Source: Raillietiella orientalis (taxonomy: Eukaryota). Taken from it: DNA of 64,000 nucleotides. The notes below the pieces were generated by a model. It saw only the letters and a program-made list of their open reading frames with translations, was not told where the DNA came from and made no database searches. Shown in pieces: positions 37,001-56,523 of the stretch. The stretch spans positions 4,526,001 to 4,590,000 of the forward strand of contig JAYWIR010000006.1 in the NCBI GenBank assembly GCA_036172245.1, in the 5' to 3' direction. The position numbers and the translations under genes were made by a program. Within the stretch, counting starts at the first letter, position 1, and the number at the start of each line of letters is the position of its first letter.

Positions 37001-39027
37001 TGCCTTAATAAAAGTATTGCTTGAAATGAATGGATCAAACATTGATGGCAAAGCACAAAAAATTTAACAAGAAAGCATGAAGCTGTAAACATAAAATTCT
37101 GTATTTGCAGCCACTTTGAATGATTTAACACCGGATGCATCTTCTGCTTTGCAAGTACCCTTTGTAGTGCCATTTTTGAAATGGAGGTTTGCGTCTGTTT
37201 AGGAAATTCATGCTCGGAAAAACTCCGTGCCGCATAAAAAAGCAAATATTCTTTGAGATCTCTTAAGGTTTTCAGTGTTTTGCTTCCCTGAGGGTAGTGC
37301 AATCCTATTGCATTACTCTAGTCTTGAGTGGAGCTGTATTCTCAGTTCGTACACTAAACTCGACTCCAGCATGGGAACGGCCATCTTCGTTGCATCTTCT
37401 GCCCTTCAATGGAAAGAAAAAAGCTATTCATGCTCTGATATCAGCAATTTCATTGCACCAATTGTAAACTGCCTTTTTTGTTTTCTGTTTTCTTGCATTT
37501 GGCCCCGAATGTCATTATGTGAAGTATTTTCGAAACCCCCAACGTAACGCTTTCTACGATTACATTCTACGACACTCCTTACATCGATTACGGACTAGGG
37601 CGAGTAGGCAATCATTACCCATGATTTTCATTTAGCGGTGGCTCTTTTCACTTTTTCCTCATAAGAGATACTGATATAAAGGATGGTATCGGTCCCAGTC
37701 ACGTCTTTTAATTCAATTCTTCATTTCGTTTGAAAAGAATTTGAAAAACACTGCTTTTTGCTCCAAGCAATGACGTAATCATCTTTGAATTTTGGCCGCG
37801 AAGCTCAAGTGATTTTGCTCAGCGACGACATGTTTTGTAAAGTTCACAAACATTGCGTGTACATCTTTTTTTTCTTTTTGGAGTTTCTTGGAATGCATTT
37901 CCATTTTTTTGCATTTCTTTTCGAATTCTTTTGGAATGATCACTTTTGGTAGCCGGCAACTTTCCAAGGGATTTTTGCACTTTAATAACTTTTCCGTTTG
38001 CGACTGGAATGTTTTCGTGCGTTCGTTCCTTTTCCAGGCACCCAGAAGACTCTCTTACTCGAACCCCAGTGAAATTTCTGAAAGGTGGTACTGCAGCTCG
38101 CAAGATCTCGGCCGTTCCCCAGGCAGCAGGGATTCCAAGTTTTCCGTCGAAAGCTTTCAAATTGTTCGCCTGAATTCGGAGCGTTTGCTCCATCAGCAAT
38201 AATTTTTTGCTGCATCGAACTTATTTTTTCGTGTTTCGTAATTTATTTGTCCACCCTATAAGCTTTCGAGAGGCATACTGACATGTGTTTTTTCGACAGT
38301 TTTGGAATTTTGTTTGTTTTGACCGTAACACTGAGCTCTCTTTCGGTCTTAAATTCTTGCACACAGCAAATGTGTTCGAATTTTGTTTGCTCCGTTTCGT
38401 CGAATTCAATTCTTTGCTTGACTGCAAATTCTCTTCTCTAAGATGACTTTGTGATAACAGTTCTATTCCTTCAGCAAATAGCATTTGGTGCCTTTTTTTC
38501 TCTTTTGGTATAAGCTTTCTTTACCGTTACTTCGTACATTTTTACCATTATTGGAGTTTTCATGACGTTTAAAAGCACAGAAGCATAATCCCGGTTGTGA
38601 TTCTCCCTTCTGTGAACACGTGTACAGGCGAAATCAAAACTGCACGAAAACCGGTACAATCTTTACCTGTGTGTACACCCTTTTCCAAGGTCCTCAAAGT
38701 ACCGCTCCATTCATGTCACCGGCTTGCTCCTGATTAGCTCTAAAGCCAACCTTCAAACTATCCTTGCAGGGACAAACTGCTCACAAGAAAGGAAAGCAAA
38801 TGGCAATAACAGAAACACCCGTAAAAGAAACACACGGAATGATCCGTCAGCTGGTTGCAAAACACATGACGAAGTAGTAATAATAATGCACTTTAATTCA
38901 CAACCATGAAATGCAAGTGCACGCAAAAAAAAAAAAAAATAAAAATAAAACACAACGGAAACACATCTGAAGGAAACTTTTGTAAAACTTGGTTTATTAC
39001 TGGTGGCAACCATGTAATAAAATGAGA

Positions 39028-44780
<5,753 letters not shown>

Positions 44781-45075
44781 AACGTTTCTTCTTGTTACTG
44801 TGCAGTTTCAGCACCACAATGCAAATAGCCGCACTCAGTGCTGCCGCTCGTCCCGAGCAGCGAACGCACCCTCCACGGCCACGCGCCTCTCCGACGTTCC
44901 GAGAGTGGACTAAACGGAGCTCACGGTGGATACCAGACCCGCAAACAGAAAATGGACTGGTGATTACTGAGCATCTACAGAAAATTGGGTTCATTAATCC
45001 AGGATTACCTAAGAGAGCTGAATTAAAGAGAATGAGGGCGTTAAAATAAATCTCGTGAGCGCGCGAAATGTACCG
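44781..45075 (-). promoter_or_regulatory. CpG-rich putative RPB2 promoter/5' UTR
   Basis: GC/CpG-rich patch immediately upstream of the ATG at 44780. Confidence 0.5.
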
Positions 45076-45239
45076 AAAATTCCGAAACTTATTTTAGAGC
45101 TGGAGAAATATATACCAAGAATGCAAAGTGAGCAAAAGTATCACACTTTATTCTTAGATACAAACATGGCTGCTAAAAATGCTGTACTATCGTCCGTCTC
45201 TAATCGAACATCACATTCCTAATTCCAAGATTAGGAAGC

Positions 45240-46082
45240 ATGTTGCAAATCTTAGTACACTTTGGAAATGCTTTCCCTGCAATTTTCGTTTACACCAAAC
45301 TCTCTGAGGCAGCTCACATAAGAGATATACTAAAAATGACAGATCCTAATGGCCCCTATTATGATCCTCCGAGTGATAATGAAGCTTAGAAACTGATGAC
45401 TATTTTGCCAGAATCACTCAAAGAAGATGCCAAAGTTGTTATTCGACAGCTATTTGCCAGTTCTCAGAGTATTTTTCAGGAAATTAATGAAAATGATGCC
45501 AATGATATTTCAGTACGTTCTTCACGCAGTAATGAATCAAATAATCTTGCGAAAATTCTACGCAAATCGAGCCCCGCCCCTGTTTCAACTGCATACTCTT
45601 CCAAGATCGTACAATTCAGAATGATAAGGGTAGCAACACGGGATCTAGCTGCTCCTCAAACCATTCTCATTTGTCCCTCTCCTCCCACAAAAGGTGGAAT
45701 TACTGTACTATAACAACAGACGATTACGTTTGTCTTGAAGAAGAGCAGTTTCTAAATGATGTTATAATTGATTTTTATTTAAAATACTTACTCTTGAGGA
45801 GCTATCAGAATAAGATCGTGTTAGAACTCATATCTTTAGTTCTTTTCCTATCAACGTTTAACAATGAGACCAAAAAACCAGCGTTCTAATTCTTCTGAAA
45901 TAGATCCCAAGCCAACTCCAGCTGAAAAACGACATAGCCGGGTTAGAAGATGGACTAAAGGAGTGAACATTTTTGCCAAGGACTTTGTCATAGTCCCCAT
46001 TAGTGAACATGCTCATTGGTTTCTAGCCATAATTTGTTTTCCTGGGATTGAGCCTACTTTCTCATCAGATGCACCAAGATAG
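45240..46082 (+). pseudogene. Decayed, truncated SENP6/SENP7-like (Ulp2-type) SUMO protease fragment
   Basis: Motifs PPTKGGIT, DYVCLEEEQFLNDVIIDFYLKYL, RTHIFSSF, AEKRHSRVRRWTKGVNIFAKDFVIVPISEHAHWFLAIICFP are spread over several frames with in-frame stops. No introns seen. The catalytic Asp/Cys half is absent. Confidence 0.8.
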
Positions 46083-48159
46083 TTTGATCTTGTGATTTAA
46101 CGGTGGCAGTTCCACTGTATGGCAATTCTAGTTAGCTCATTGTTTTGGACTTTTGGAATGTAGAACCAGAGAAAATAAATATTCAAAGACAAAGTCAACG
46201 CACAAGTAGCAGATAGCATTCGATGAATCCTATAATTGCCGTCAATAAGATTATAAACTTAACGAAGTTTATCCTTGCAAAGCATTTTTGCAAAGTCACC
46301 CAAGATACTGCTGCTGGAGTCCCAGCAGATATGCGCCGAAAGTATCATCCTTTTTCATATAGCTTTCAGCAATTTATCCTGATTCCATCCCTCAGAAGAG
46401 TCCAAATCTCTTGATGAGTCTTTTTACGAATGGCTTAGTCAAATGTTTGCTAACCTCTGCACATTTCTGATAATGAAATCGCGAAACGGAGCTCAAACAG
46501 TTTCAGATTCCCTTTTCCCACAGATTCCTTCCTTCCTAGCCTTCCTAGTTGAGGGGGAGGTCGTTCCAGAATTTCCACTAGAATGTGCCCCATCGTTTCT
46601 CTCGCTTTACGTGCCTGCGATGGACACACATTCTACACATTGCTAACTTTCTTCGTAGGGAACACTTCGACTTTTGTTCTCGTTATATGCGATGTGTGCA
46701 ATGACTTTTTCAAAGACAACGCTGTTTTAACGGGTTGCAATTTAGTTTCATTCAGTCATTGCTCTTTGATGTGGACCACTGTACGACATTCCTAAAATAT
46801 GACGCAAGCTGGGATCAACCTGAACGAAATGTTTGAAGTAATAAATCACACATGGGAAATTCAGTTCCATGCATTAAAGTACCTACACGGAGAACTGGGG
46901 AGGTGTTAAAGGATCAAACAAGCCTGTATGAGATCGAAAGCTGATACAGTTTATGATCAACTCGATTCGTTCATGCAAACTATCGATTGCATTGCAGATT
47001 AAGTTTTGAGAAAATGACAACACGCTGGTTAGAATTTTAGATTGCAATGTGTTTTGCTATGCTGGAAAACTGACCATAGACTACATACCTTCGAGCAAAA
47101 ATTGAGTCACATATCACGATTATTCCGAGGTTGAGGCAACAGAAAAAGTATGGATAGTATTCTCAGCCCTAAAAAAATGAAAAGACTAAAAACACTACAT
47201 TTTCAAGTAAAAGTGTGATAATTTCTATTTTCTCGAGATGTTTTGTAAACTGTCGAAGAAATGAGAAAATCACAGTCACAAAAGTATAAGTCGTGTCCTT
47301 ACAAATAACTTATTCGAGCTGAACTCATCATTTTTACAGGATGCTATGTGCCCTAAAGTATTATTTAATCCAAGTAACCCGAAAAACTTAATTCTTTGCT
47401 ATCGTGGTAGTCTCGTACGGTCAATACTTTGATAAAACTACGTGTACACCCTTGTAAAGGTAATCAAGTGTAGGATTTTGCATTGCACCCTTATTATTTG
47501 TAGCACTCGTACGTTTATCCTGAAGAATGATTTTACAGTGCTAATGTTGATGGCAAACTTTGATAGTGAATAAGAATGAACACTGCACAATCTACAATTC
47601 TGATATTCGTATGGTACATTACATCAACTAATTCATCTACTTACTGAAACCTGCAATACACAAATACTGTACAATTCTCCTTGCTACAGTACTGGGCATT
47701 GCATGTTCCCAATGTACAACCCCAAGATCAATAAGGTATGGAAAACTGAAAAAAATCCAGGAATCATAAACAACCATAGTGCAGTGTTCCATAATCAGCA
47801 CACACATGCTAAGATATGTACATATCAGAATACATTTACCATTTCATTTTTTATGAGCAGGTATACAAACTCTAAAATTTTAATAAACTAAGATACACAA
47901 TAACAATGAGAGCTATCATATTATCAACATCCAAGCCATGAGCAATTTACAACATGCATAATTTCAGTAGAAAGCCATTATGACAGCACATTTCAAATTC
48001 ATTTTGACAAATCTGTTTATCATACCATTATATCTGTCTATTACTGCATATGGTAGCCACTAAAATTATAAAATTAGTTCCACCAGTCTTTTCCCACATG
48101 TATTAGACAAAAAAGTTATTGATGTTCCAAATCTTATTTTTTAATGAACACATGCAGAT

Positions 48160-49149
48160 TTACAAGCTCTCCAAAAACGACACAAATTGGGTGAGTCTTT
48201 CAAGCTGATCAGGAACTGAACCATTCACTTGAAGGGTATCAGTTTGTTTGCATGGATAAACCATGTCACCATTGACCTGCCAACCTAAGCCTACAACCAT
48301 CTGGATAGTTTGCTCAGCAGGCATACCAACAAATCGGCAAAGATCATTGATATTAATGGACAAATAAGCTTTAACCACCAATGACAACATTCTCTTCCGG
48401 TAATTCTCTGCAAATAAACAAAGAATAACCACATAATCTAGGCAACATTACCTGCTAGGGTAAGCATCAAAGGTCTGACTGCATCACTCCATTGATAAGT
48501 GAGTGCTTTATACACAGATGGTACATCATGATGCCATAAATATTTACCAACTTCCCAAACTTGCTTCAACTCATTATTACTATCTTTTACGTGATCAGGA
48601 ATCCGTTTCCACAGGAACTTGGCATGACATCTACCAGAATAAATTTCCCAATACTAGTTTTCAAATTCACTTACAGATTATTCTGCAGAAGATACACAGC
48701 TAACAACTGCAGGTAAACCGAAGTGGATGGGATTGTTCCAGGTGCCTAATTTACATTATTATTCGATAAACTAACTATAATAGAAAATCACATGACTGAC
48801 TGAATTTAAAGTTAAACAATCTAAATCAGCAATGCAATAAACCCAACAAAAATTGCTGGAATATGAAAGCATCCACCAAAATAGGGCACTTCTTAATTCT
48901 TACAATTTTATTGCTAGTCACCAACCCAAAACTATATTAAAATTAAACATTACCTAGCAAGGTAATCACATGCTAAACATCTATACAGCAATTTCATCAC
49001 TGATTGCATTTAAAAAAAGTAGCAAAAGTTCACTGCAAGAAAATCTCTAAAGAAAAAAACATTGCCTCTAGTTCCTGCAGTACCAGCTCCTTTTCTAACT
49101 TATCCACATCTTCAGGACTGGAGGCGCTCTGTAGAATGGTAGCATCCAT
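48160..49149 (-). CDS. CSN8: COP9 signalosome complex subunit 8
   Basis: Spliced product MDATILQS...LQELE|APGTIPSTSVYLQLLAVYLLQNNL|CHAKFLWKRIPDHVKDSNNELKQVWEVG...LSLVVKAYLSI...QLERLTQFVSFLESL matches the COPS8 family as I know it. Exons 49149-49066, 48745-48675, 48630-48452, 48407-48160. Confidence 0.9.
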
Positions 49150-51239
49150 ATGATAAGTAATGCTCGGTATACCTACTGCCAATAATAAAAATACGTAGTC
49201 GAGTTACGCTTTTTCATTTGAACGTGCTTTATTTAACAATTCGGGAATAACTGGGCAGGCAACTGATCTTCCTAATATAACAAACCTATTTAAAAAAGCC
49301 ACCGTCGTTAATGGTATTTAATTCCACGGGCATTTGGGACAACTTTGTAAATCGGCATTTTCTGCATCTTCAACAGGGTAACCAGCGTTCGTTTTATCAA
49401 AAACAAAACATAAAGAAAACCCAGTTTATAAACAAAATAAATTTGAAGAATGAAAGGATGCTCAAAAGAATATCAAGTGTCATAAGCTCTACTGAAAAAT
49501 TAAGATAGTTATTTAAGTTTATAATTCAATTTTCTGGTAATACTCATTATGTTTTTGTTGCAAAGCATAGTTTTAGAAAATCGACAGTTCTAAAACGAAT
49601 TAAGAGTTATTTTTCAGTCAGAAAATAGGCAATAAATTAATACAGACTTAATTGAAGCCAGTGATTTTATTGGCATTAAACGCTCCAATTGAGAGTATAA
49701 GCTCGTTTTAAACATGCAATTTTTTACTGACGCTCAAAAAATAAAACTGTTCGAATAATCACTGGCCGAAAAAAAAAAATTAAATGGAATTATTGAGGAC
49801 ATTTTGGATCTCATTTCCATTTGTGAGATATAAAACATTGCTTTTTTTGTTTTTTATATAACTAACACATTTTTTGTTTTCATATGAAATTGGTTATAGT
49901 GCTTTGAAAGAAAGTCTACAGAAATTGGAGCATCTTTCTTTCAATCTTCTCTTTACATTGCATTTAAACAATTATGTCTATGATTTCAAATATTTGAGAA
50001 ATATTAAACAATTTGTGTACTTTAGTAAGAATCTTGGAATTTCTCCCTTAACAAGCTCCGTTGTGTATATATTGAAAGAAACCAAATTCAAATGTATATT
50101 GCAGTTTATGCTTTAAGCCACCCGTTGATTACGTTATCTCTATTCGAGATTTCTAGATTTTCTTTCTTTCTTATATAGTTATAGCTGCATGTCGAATGCT
50201 AGCAGCTGAAACTCTCAGCCAAACACAGTATCTATTGCTGATTATGTCTTGCTAGTATTTACAGCTGGAATATTGGAAACGTAGTCGTATACTTCGTTGG
50301 AATTTAGTAAATGAAAGATATAGAAAGCATCTTCTTTTTTAAAACAAAAATCCATATGTGGTTGCTCCACATCTGCAAGTAAGTAGCAAAACAAATGGAC
50401 AAATAAAAGTGCTAAGCATACTGTTTTGTGAATGCATGCAAAAAATCTAAAATCTCAATAAAATGATGTGTATGAAGAAATGAAGACGTCCTAGCTATAC
50501 GAAGTCATCCAACAGAAACATGACCGGAATCAAACTCACATAACAGATGCTAATAATAAAAAGAGATCTCAGTAAATATATGCTCAAATTTCGCCGATGA
50601 AGACTGATTTTCAGTTGAATTTAAATTAAAAACTCGAGCAGCAAGTACTATAGGTATGTATACATAGGAGCAGTAAATGGAAACAGCACACAAATGCAGG
50701 GATCCCAGATTAGGTTGAAACACATTCAGATCTTGGTTTTGAAAATAAATACCTTTGAGCAATATAAGACCATTTAAAGAAACTGTTCTTTTTGTTGAAA
50801 CTGAAGCTTGGTTTTCATATTATACACTGCGCTGTAATGAAAAATATTTGCTTTAGCACAATCGGTACCACGCTCAATATCAATTATAATGGCGAAGAGT
50901 CAGTTGGCTCAAGAAACAAAACATGAAGGTAATTTTCCAGAAGCTTAAGCAGGCGAGCTGCAATGGAAATGAGAGGAAAGATTCGGAAAGAGCTAAGAAA
51001 CAGAGAGGAGAAGATTTCTATTCCTAGTTCACTGTGAAAACAACAATTCTTTTCCTCAAATGAAACATAATCTGCAGAATACTTTGTATTAAAAAGCTTT
51101 CAGGTGCTCCACACGGTGCTCTTGACAGGGATAGAGTAATGCTTCGTTCTTACTCCAGAACGTCACTAAAAACAATGCAGTGCTTGACTTTATAAACTAA
51201 GGCGATGCAGAAATTCTATAACGCTGTGTCGTATACGTT

Positions 51240-52145
51240 TTGTGGTCATTTGTCTTCCTGCGCGTCCCTTGGGACACCAAGAATTGGATTTCCGAAGGGC
51301 CAAGGATGACTATAAAGGACTGCGAGCAGTTCACAATCAGTGGCGACCGCCAAAAAATGCGACTGTTCCGCCTCACCAAGATGATGGGAAGATTTACCCA
51401 CAAATATCGAGAGTTCTGGACAAATCAGGAACCCAGCTGCTGGCACCTGATCACCAGGGGAAACATCCGAGAAGCAGTGAAGAAGAATCCCGACGAGGAC
51501 GACGCTCTGTCTGCCACCGCCAGCCGCTACGGATGCCGACAGTTAAACCTGCTGGCGGTTGGAACCACGGTCTGGACGAGAGATTTACCACCCGAAACTC
51601 AAGATGACCTCCTGATGTTTTATCACGGAGGCATCCTGAGCGGCACGAGGACGAGACACTGGTCAGGGAACGCACAGGACGAGATGTGCAAGGCCTGTGG
51701 AGCCAGGGAAACCCAACTCCACGTGCTCGCCTGCCCGACGCTGCGCCGGGACTCGGCCAAGCTGAAGGAGGCGACAGGCCTGCAGAGGATGGAGAAGATG
51801 GAGATCCTGGCAGGGATGTTTAAAGGGAACGGCAAGGTTCCTCGATACAACCCAATGGTCCGCATCGCCATCGCCCTCTTTATCACGAGTATCGTGATGA
51901 GAAGGAAAAAAATACGGGCTGGAATGAACAGTATGCCAGCTGTGGAAATCCTGAAAGGATTAGAAAAGGGAAATCGGGATTAGAAGCTGTGGACGTATTC
52001 CCACTTGGACGTACTGCGAAGGATTCAGGAACATTGTCAAGTGAGTGAATTCCCCACACAAATTCAGGGACCGGATGCCCGAAGACCAACCCTGAAAGTG
52101 AAAAACAGTGACACTGAGCAACGCATGTATGTATGAATAAAAGTA
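51240..52145 (+). mobile_element. 5'-truncated L1/Tx1-like LINE (different family) with an uninterrupted ORF2 C-terminus
   Basis: 247-aa open frame with LLMFYHG...MCKACGARETQLHVLAC zinc finger. GC-rich insert in AT-rich DNA. The 3' UTR ends near atgtatgtatgAATAAA. Confidence 0.75.
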
Positions 52146-52919
52146 GAAAATCAATTCATCCCACCGCAAGTCGGACTGGGAAAAAGTGTCATATGTGGCA
52201 GCGTAACTGGTGAAAAGTCCAAAGATCCAATGCAATAGTGCAATGCAATCAGTGTCCTAGAATGGGGATTCTTTGATTAGGCATAAACCAATATGATAAC
52301 TGAGGTGATATTTATGCATTTTGTTTACTGTGCCAGATTCTGACTAGGTAATCAGTAAAAAAGAATCATTTCGTGCAAAAGAGAAACAAAAGCAAATCCC
52401 AATGGATCGTTGTGCATACTGATGCAGCACCTCGATTTCCCAAACAGTTGGATCAGGTAAAAATCGGATCATATCTAACTGTTAAAATTGGCAGTTGGTA
52501 CATAAGTTTCTACCCCGTTCACTTTATTGAGCTCATTTTTTTCCATCATTTTTAACTGTTACCATTATTTTTTATTTTTTGTAATTCGATAATCACATAT
52601 TCATTTAATATACACCACATTTATTATTACATCTAATAAATATATGTATTCATTTTTTTATAATCATGAATACATGTATTTAAAACATATTGATGCATGC
52701 GATTAATTATATTAATGACGAGCATTGCTAACATTAGTAAATGTGCTATATATATATTTATTTTTATAATTTTTATGATATATGTCAATCCATATATTAA
52801 TATCCATATATAATAAACACGTAATTTTCTATGATCATTCAAGATTTCGGCTTCCGGTATTTTGATGGGCAGAGGTCGTTCAGATCGGCCAAATATCCTG
52901 GCCTCCTGCAACCCTGTGA

Positions 52920-55465
52920 CAGGGTTGCCAATGTAACCGTTCTAGAGTTATATCTACTGTTTTTGGAAACCCACCTAGAGGCTAAAAATATTTTATCCCG
53001 CCGAGCGGGAATTCTAGAGGTTTTCAAATGACTGGCCGCCGAAGTTTACGTGTTTTTCATGGTTGCAAAGGAAATTTTCAAGGGTGGATGTTGTAAATGC
53101 TCCTAAATTGAATTCCGGATACGTGTGCTCTGCTATAGTGGTACTTTGTGCTATGTTAAATAAATAAGTGTGTGTTGTATTTTTATTCATTGTTCCATTC
53201 AGCCGCAAAATCAGCAACGATTCCGTAAAGAGTGGCAGAGTGAAGCGCTGCTTAAAGATTGGACCTGAGAAATCCCGGGAAATGCTGGTAGAGCTAAATG
53301 CAGATTTTGTAAATGCGTATTGCAAACTGCAAAACATTGTGATCTGCTTTCTCGCTGCTAAACGAAGAAGCGTCAGTCGGCCAGCGCTGCCTTTCTTCGT
53401 CACGGAAACTGGACACTCTTGTTTCAACGAACAGAGACTCTGAAAACGCGGCTGAAGCGTCTTGAGGTCTCTTCACAAGATGTCACGCAGCAATACGAAC
53501 AGTGGACGATCTCGGAGAACTGAGCAAACAGAAGTTGTCGGACGGCTTAAATGCAAACAGTCCAACTGCATCGTTCTAAGTGTGTGTGCTATAGTATAGT
53601 TCGTATGGGCGCCTCACTTTGCAAAAGCTCTTCCTTGATGATATAGGAACTGGTCCTTGCAGGATTTTAACTGATGAATCCAACGACATTAATGTCACTC
53701 AAATGCTGGGAATGGCTATTGTGTATTTCAGTAATTAGTCGGGAAGGGTAGACTGCTTTTTTGGCATTGGTTGAACTCGAAAACTGTGGTGCTGAATCTA
53801 TTGCTGCTACTGGAGGGAAGCATTTGGCAGTGAAGGGTTAAACATTCAATATGTGAAAGGGATTGGCGTCGATAATGCAAACGTCATGACTGGCAAAAAA
53901 AAAAAAAATGGCGTGTGCACGAGATTGTGGAGTGAATGTCCAGGGTTTGCAGTGACCCGTTGCGTGTGTCACTCTCCAATTGGCTGTCTCTGCAGCTTCA
54001 GATTGCCTTCCCCACCAATCTTGAGTTTTTAGAGAGAGAAATCTACAATTGTTTTTCCCTTACGGCGAAATGATTACAAAGCTCTATTTTCTGCCATGCA
54101 TGATGGATGGGCACAATCCTAGAAATATTGTACAGAAGTACCAGGCTCGTTGGCTGTCCACTGACTGTAATTATAACAGATTTCTGGATCAGTGGGTAGA
54201 ACTCAGTGCTATGTTTGAGCACAAAAGAGAGAGATTATACAACATCCCTTTTGAAAAATACTCTTTCTGATGAGAAGAAGAACCGCACATTTCTCCTCTT
54301 CCTCCGACCAGTATTTGCTGACGTGCAAAGGGTAAACAAGTCATTTGAGGCACGTAATGCCGGTAGCTCTTGGATGATGTGGCTCGTTTAGTGGGGAACA
54401 CGGCCAAGAAGTTTGTGCTTCCATCTTGCAGGGAGGACTTTCTAACGGAAAATCTCGATGACCGTGTTCGCTGGTCTTCCTATCGGGGCTACGAAGCTGA
54501 GGAGAAACAAAGTCAACCAAAACTGCCAGCAGAAGAAGAAACTGACTTCAGAAAACGATGCATTATCTTCCTCATTAGGTTACACAAAGAGCTTCAAGCA
54601 AGGCTGTCTGATAATGCAAAGGTGTTAAGATCAATGTCAATAATTTCTGTGTCTCGCACTTTTCGTGTTGTCAGTGGTCCATTGATACCACTAATGCAGC
54701 ATCTCCAAATTCCATCAGACAAAATACCAAAAGCGGAAATCCAGTGGAACAATTTAACAGGTGTAAAGTGGGAGAAAACTGCCAGTACAATTGAACTCTG
54801 GAGTGAAGTAGCTAGTTACAAAGACGCATCCGATGTCAGTCCATTTCAGGAGTCTCTTGAAACTGTGGCATCTCTCATTGTTCTTCCATGGTCTGATGCT
54901 CAAGTGGAAAGAGTCTTCAGCTTGATGTGCACCGCGAAGTCAAAACTACGAAACCAGATGGGAACAGCATTGGTCAATGCAATTCTCACAATAGGAGGAG
55001 AAGGTCTAGACCGCGTTAACAACTGCTGCATGGGTTATCAATTGCCATCAGAGCTTTTAAGCAAAATAGGGACCTTGGCTGCCCACAGAAAGGAAAGTGG
55101 ACAGCTAAGGACCAAAACTCCAAGCACCTCACAATCGCAGCACCATTTCCTAGATATGGATGATGTAGAGGACCTGCTGTCTTGAGTGAGTTTATATTGA
55201 GACTATTTTCTCCTTGTCAAATTCTAATTGCGTGTTATAAATGACAACGACAAGGATGAATTCCTAGGTAGTACAATCTGGAGAATTTGGGAAAATTTTT
55301 GGGCAATTTTTCTTTGGGAAAATCGCGGGTTTCCTAAGGCCATTTAGCGGGATTGCATTAACTTCTGTCCCTGCCGGCAGTCACAGCCTTGGGTGCTGGG
55401 CGTGGGCTTGCCTGCTGCTCAGCCTTTTGCCTGTTTCCCACGATAAGACCGGCTGGCAATCTTTG
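52920..55465 (+). mobile_element. Decayed hAT DNA transposon
   Basis: Left TIR CAGGGTTGCCA at 52920. Transposase motifs ILTDESNDI, GIGVDNANVMTGKK, RCVCHS and the hATC dimerisation motif LPWSDAQVERVFSLMCTAKSKLRNQM. Frameshifted. Right end uncertain. Confidence 0.85.
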
Positions 55466-56523
55466 GAACCGAGAAGTGGTAGACGGTGGAAACGATGGGA
55501 AAAGGTCATGAACGCTTCCATGTGCAGTAGAGGACAAGTAAGGGGGGGGGGGGGGTTCCGATGAATCTGTCGTACCTTGCAACCGGATGCGTTGGGAATG
55601 CTGCAAAGCCTATTTCTCTTTTTCGGCTGTCGCAGTTGCAAGTGCTCGAGAATAGCACTTGAGCTGATAACAGAAATAGCAATCAAATGGGAAAGTGATT
55701 AGGGTGGTGACTGGGTTTAAGACACTCCTCCGTTCTCGGGACGATAAACTGAGTAGCGCCCTCGAAATACTTAATGGAGAAAAATGACCATTTATTCGTC
55801 TCTATCAGTCCACGAGTAGCTTTTTATGTTGGAATGTCCAAAAGCAAAAGTTGCTGCTATCAGAATACTCTGATGAAACTTCAGATAAAAGCTCCAAGTG
55901 TCAATGTGACTCCCAGAGGTCAGATTACGAAATTTTTACTGGAGCCGGGAAAAGAAACACGACGGAGACTTTTCGACTAGCTGTTGCTACGGCCACGGCT
56001 GGTCGCGCCGATAACTAAGAGCAAACAACCCTCAAATTGTGGTTTCGTTTCCTTGTCGCTCTTGCTTCATCCCAGCATATCTTCTTACGAGCGGCCTCCA
56101 AGTTCAAAATATGCAAAGGGATTCATGCAGCCGAATCATCAGAAATGACAGCTTGCGGGCATCATCAAATTCGAAGAGTTTCGTTACCGATCAGCAATGA
56201 TGCGGTGCTTAGGGCATACTAGGAAAAGGGTGCCCTGAGAAAGAAAGCAGCAGAAAAAAGTAAAAAACAAAATAAAAATGTAAAGGACAGAAAGGTGAAG
56301 ATGCAGAAACCTTCGACACACCCGTGGCGATAGCAACAGGATTCAAGCGAGCGTTCGAACGTTCCAGGACATCAAATGATGGCAGGAACGAAATGGTCCA
56401 CCGTTCCTCAAGGAGGACGAATCCATGCCCATTGAAATCCAGCTTCCAGAGAAAATTGCTTCAGAAATGTCCTTGGCATCCTTGGTTTCGTGTGAAAAAT
56501 TCTTATCTTAGGAGAGTACGGTA

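Noticed and set aside
34200..38700. Hidden gene between CadN and RPB2
   Set aside because: Only short unconnected ORFs with no recognisable motif. Probably decayed transposon sequence that I could not classify.
47463..47473. U2 snRNA fragment (atcaagtgtag)
   Set aside because: An 11-nt match only, with flanks unrelated to U2. Consistent with chance.
55700..56520. Integrase remnant on the minus strand (LERSNARL)
   Set aside because: A single weak motif, insufficient to assign a family.
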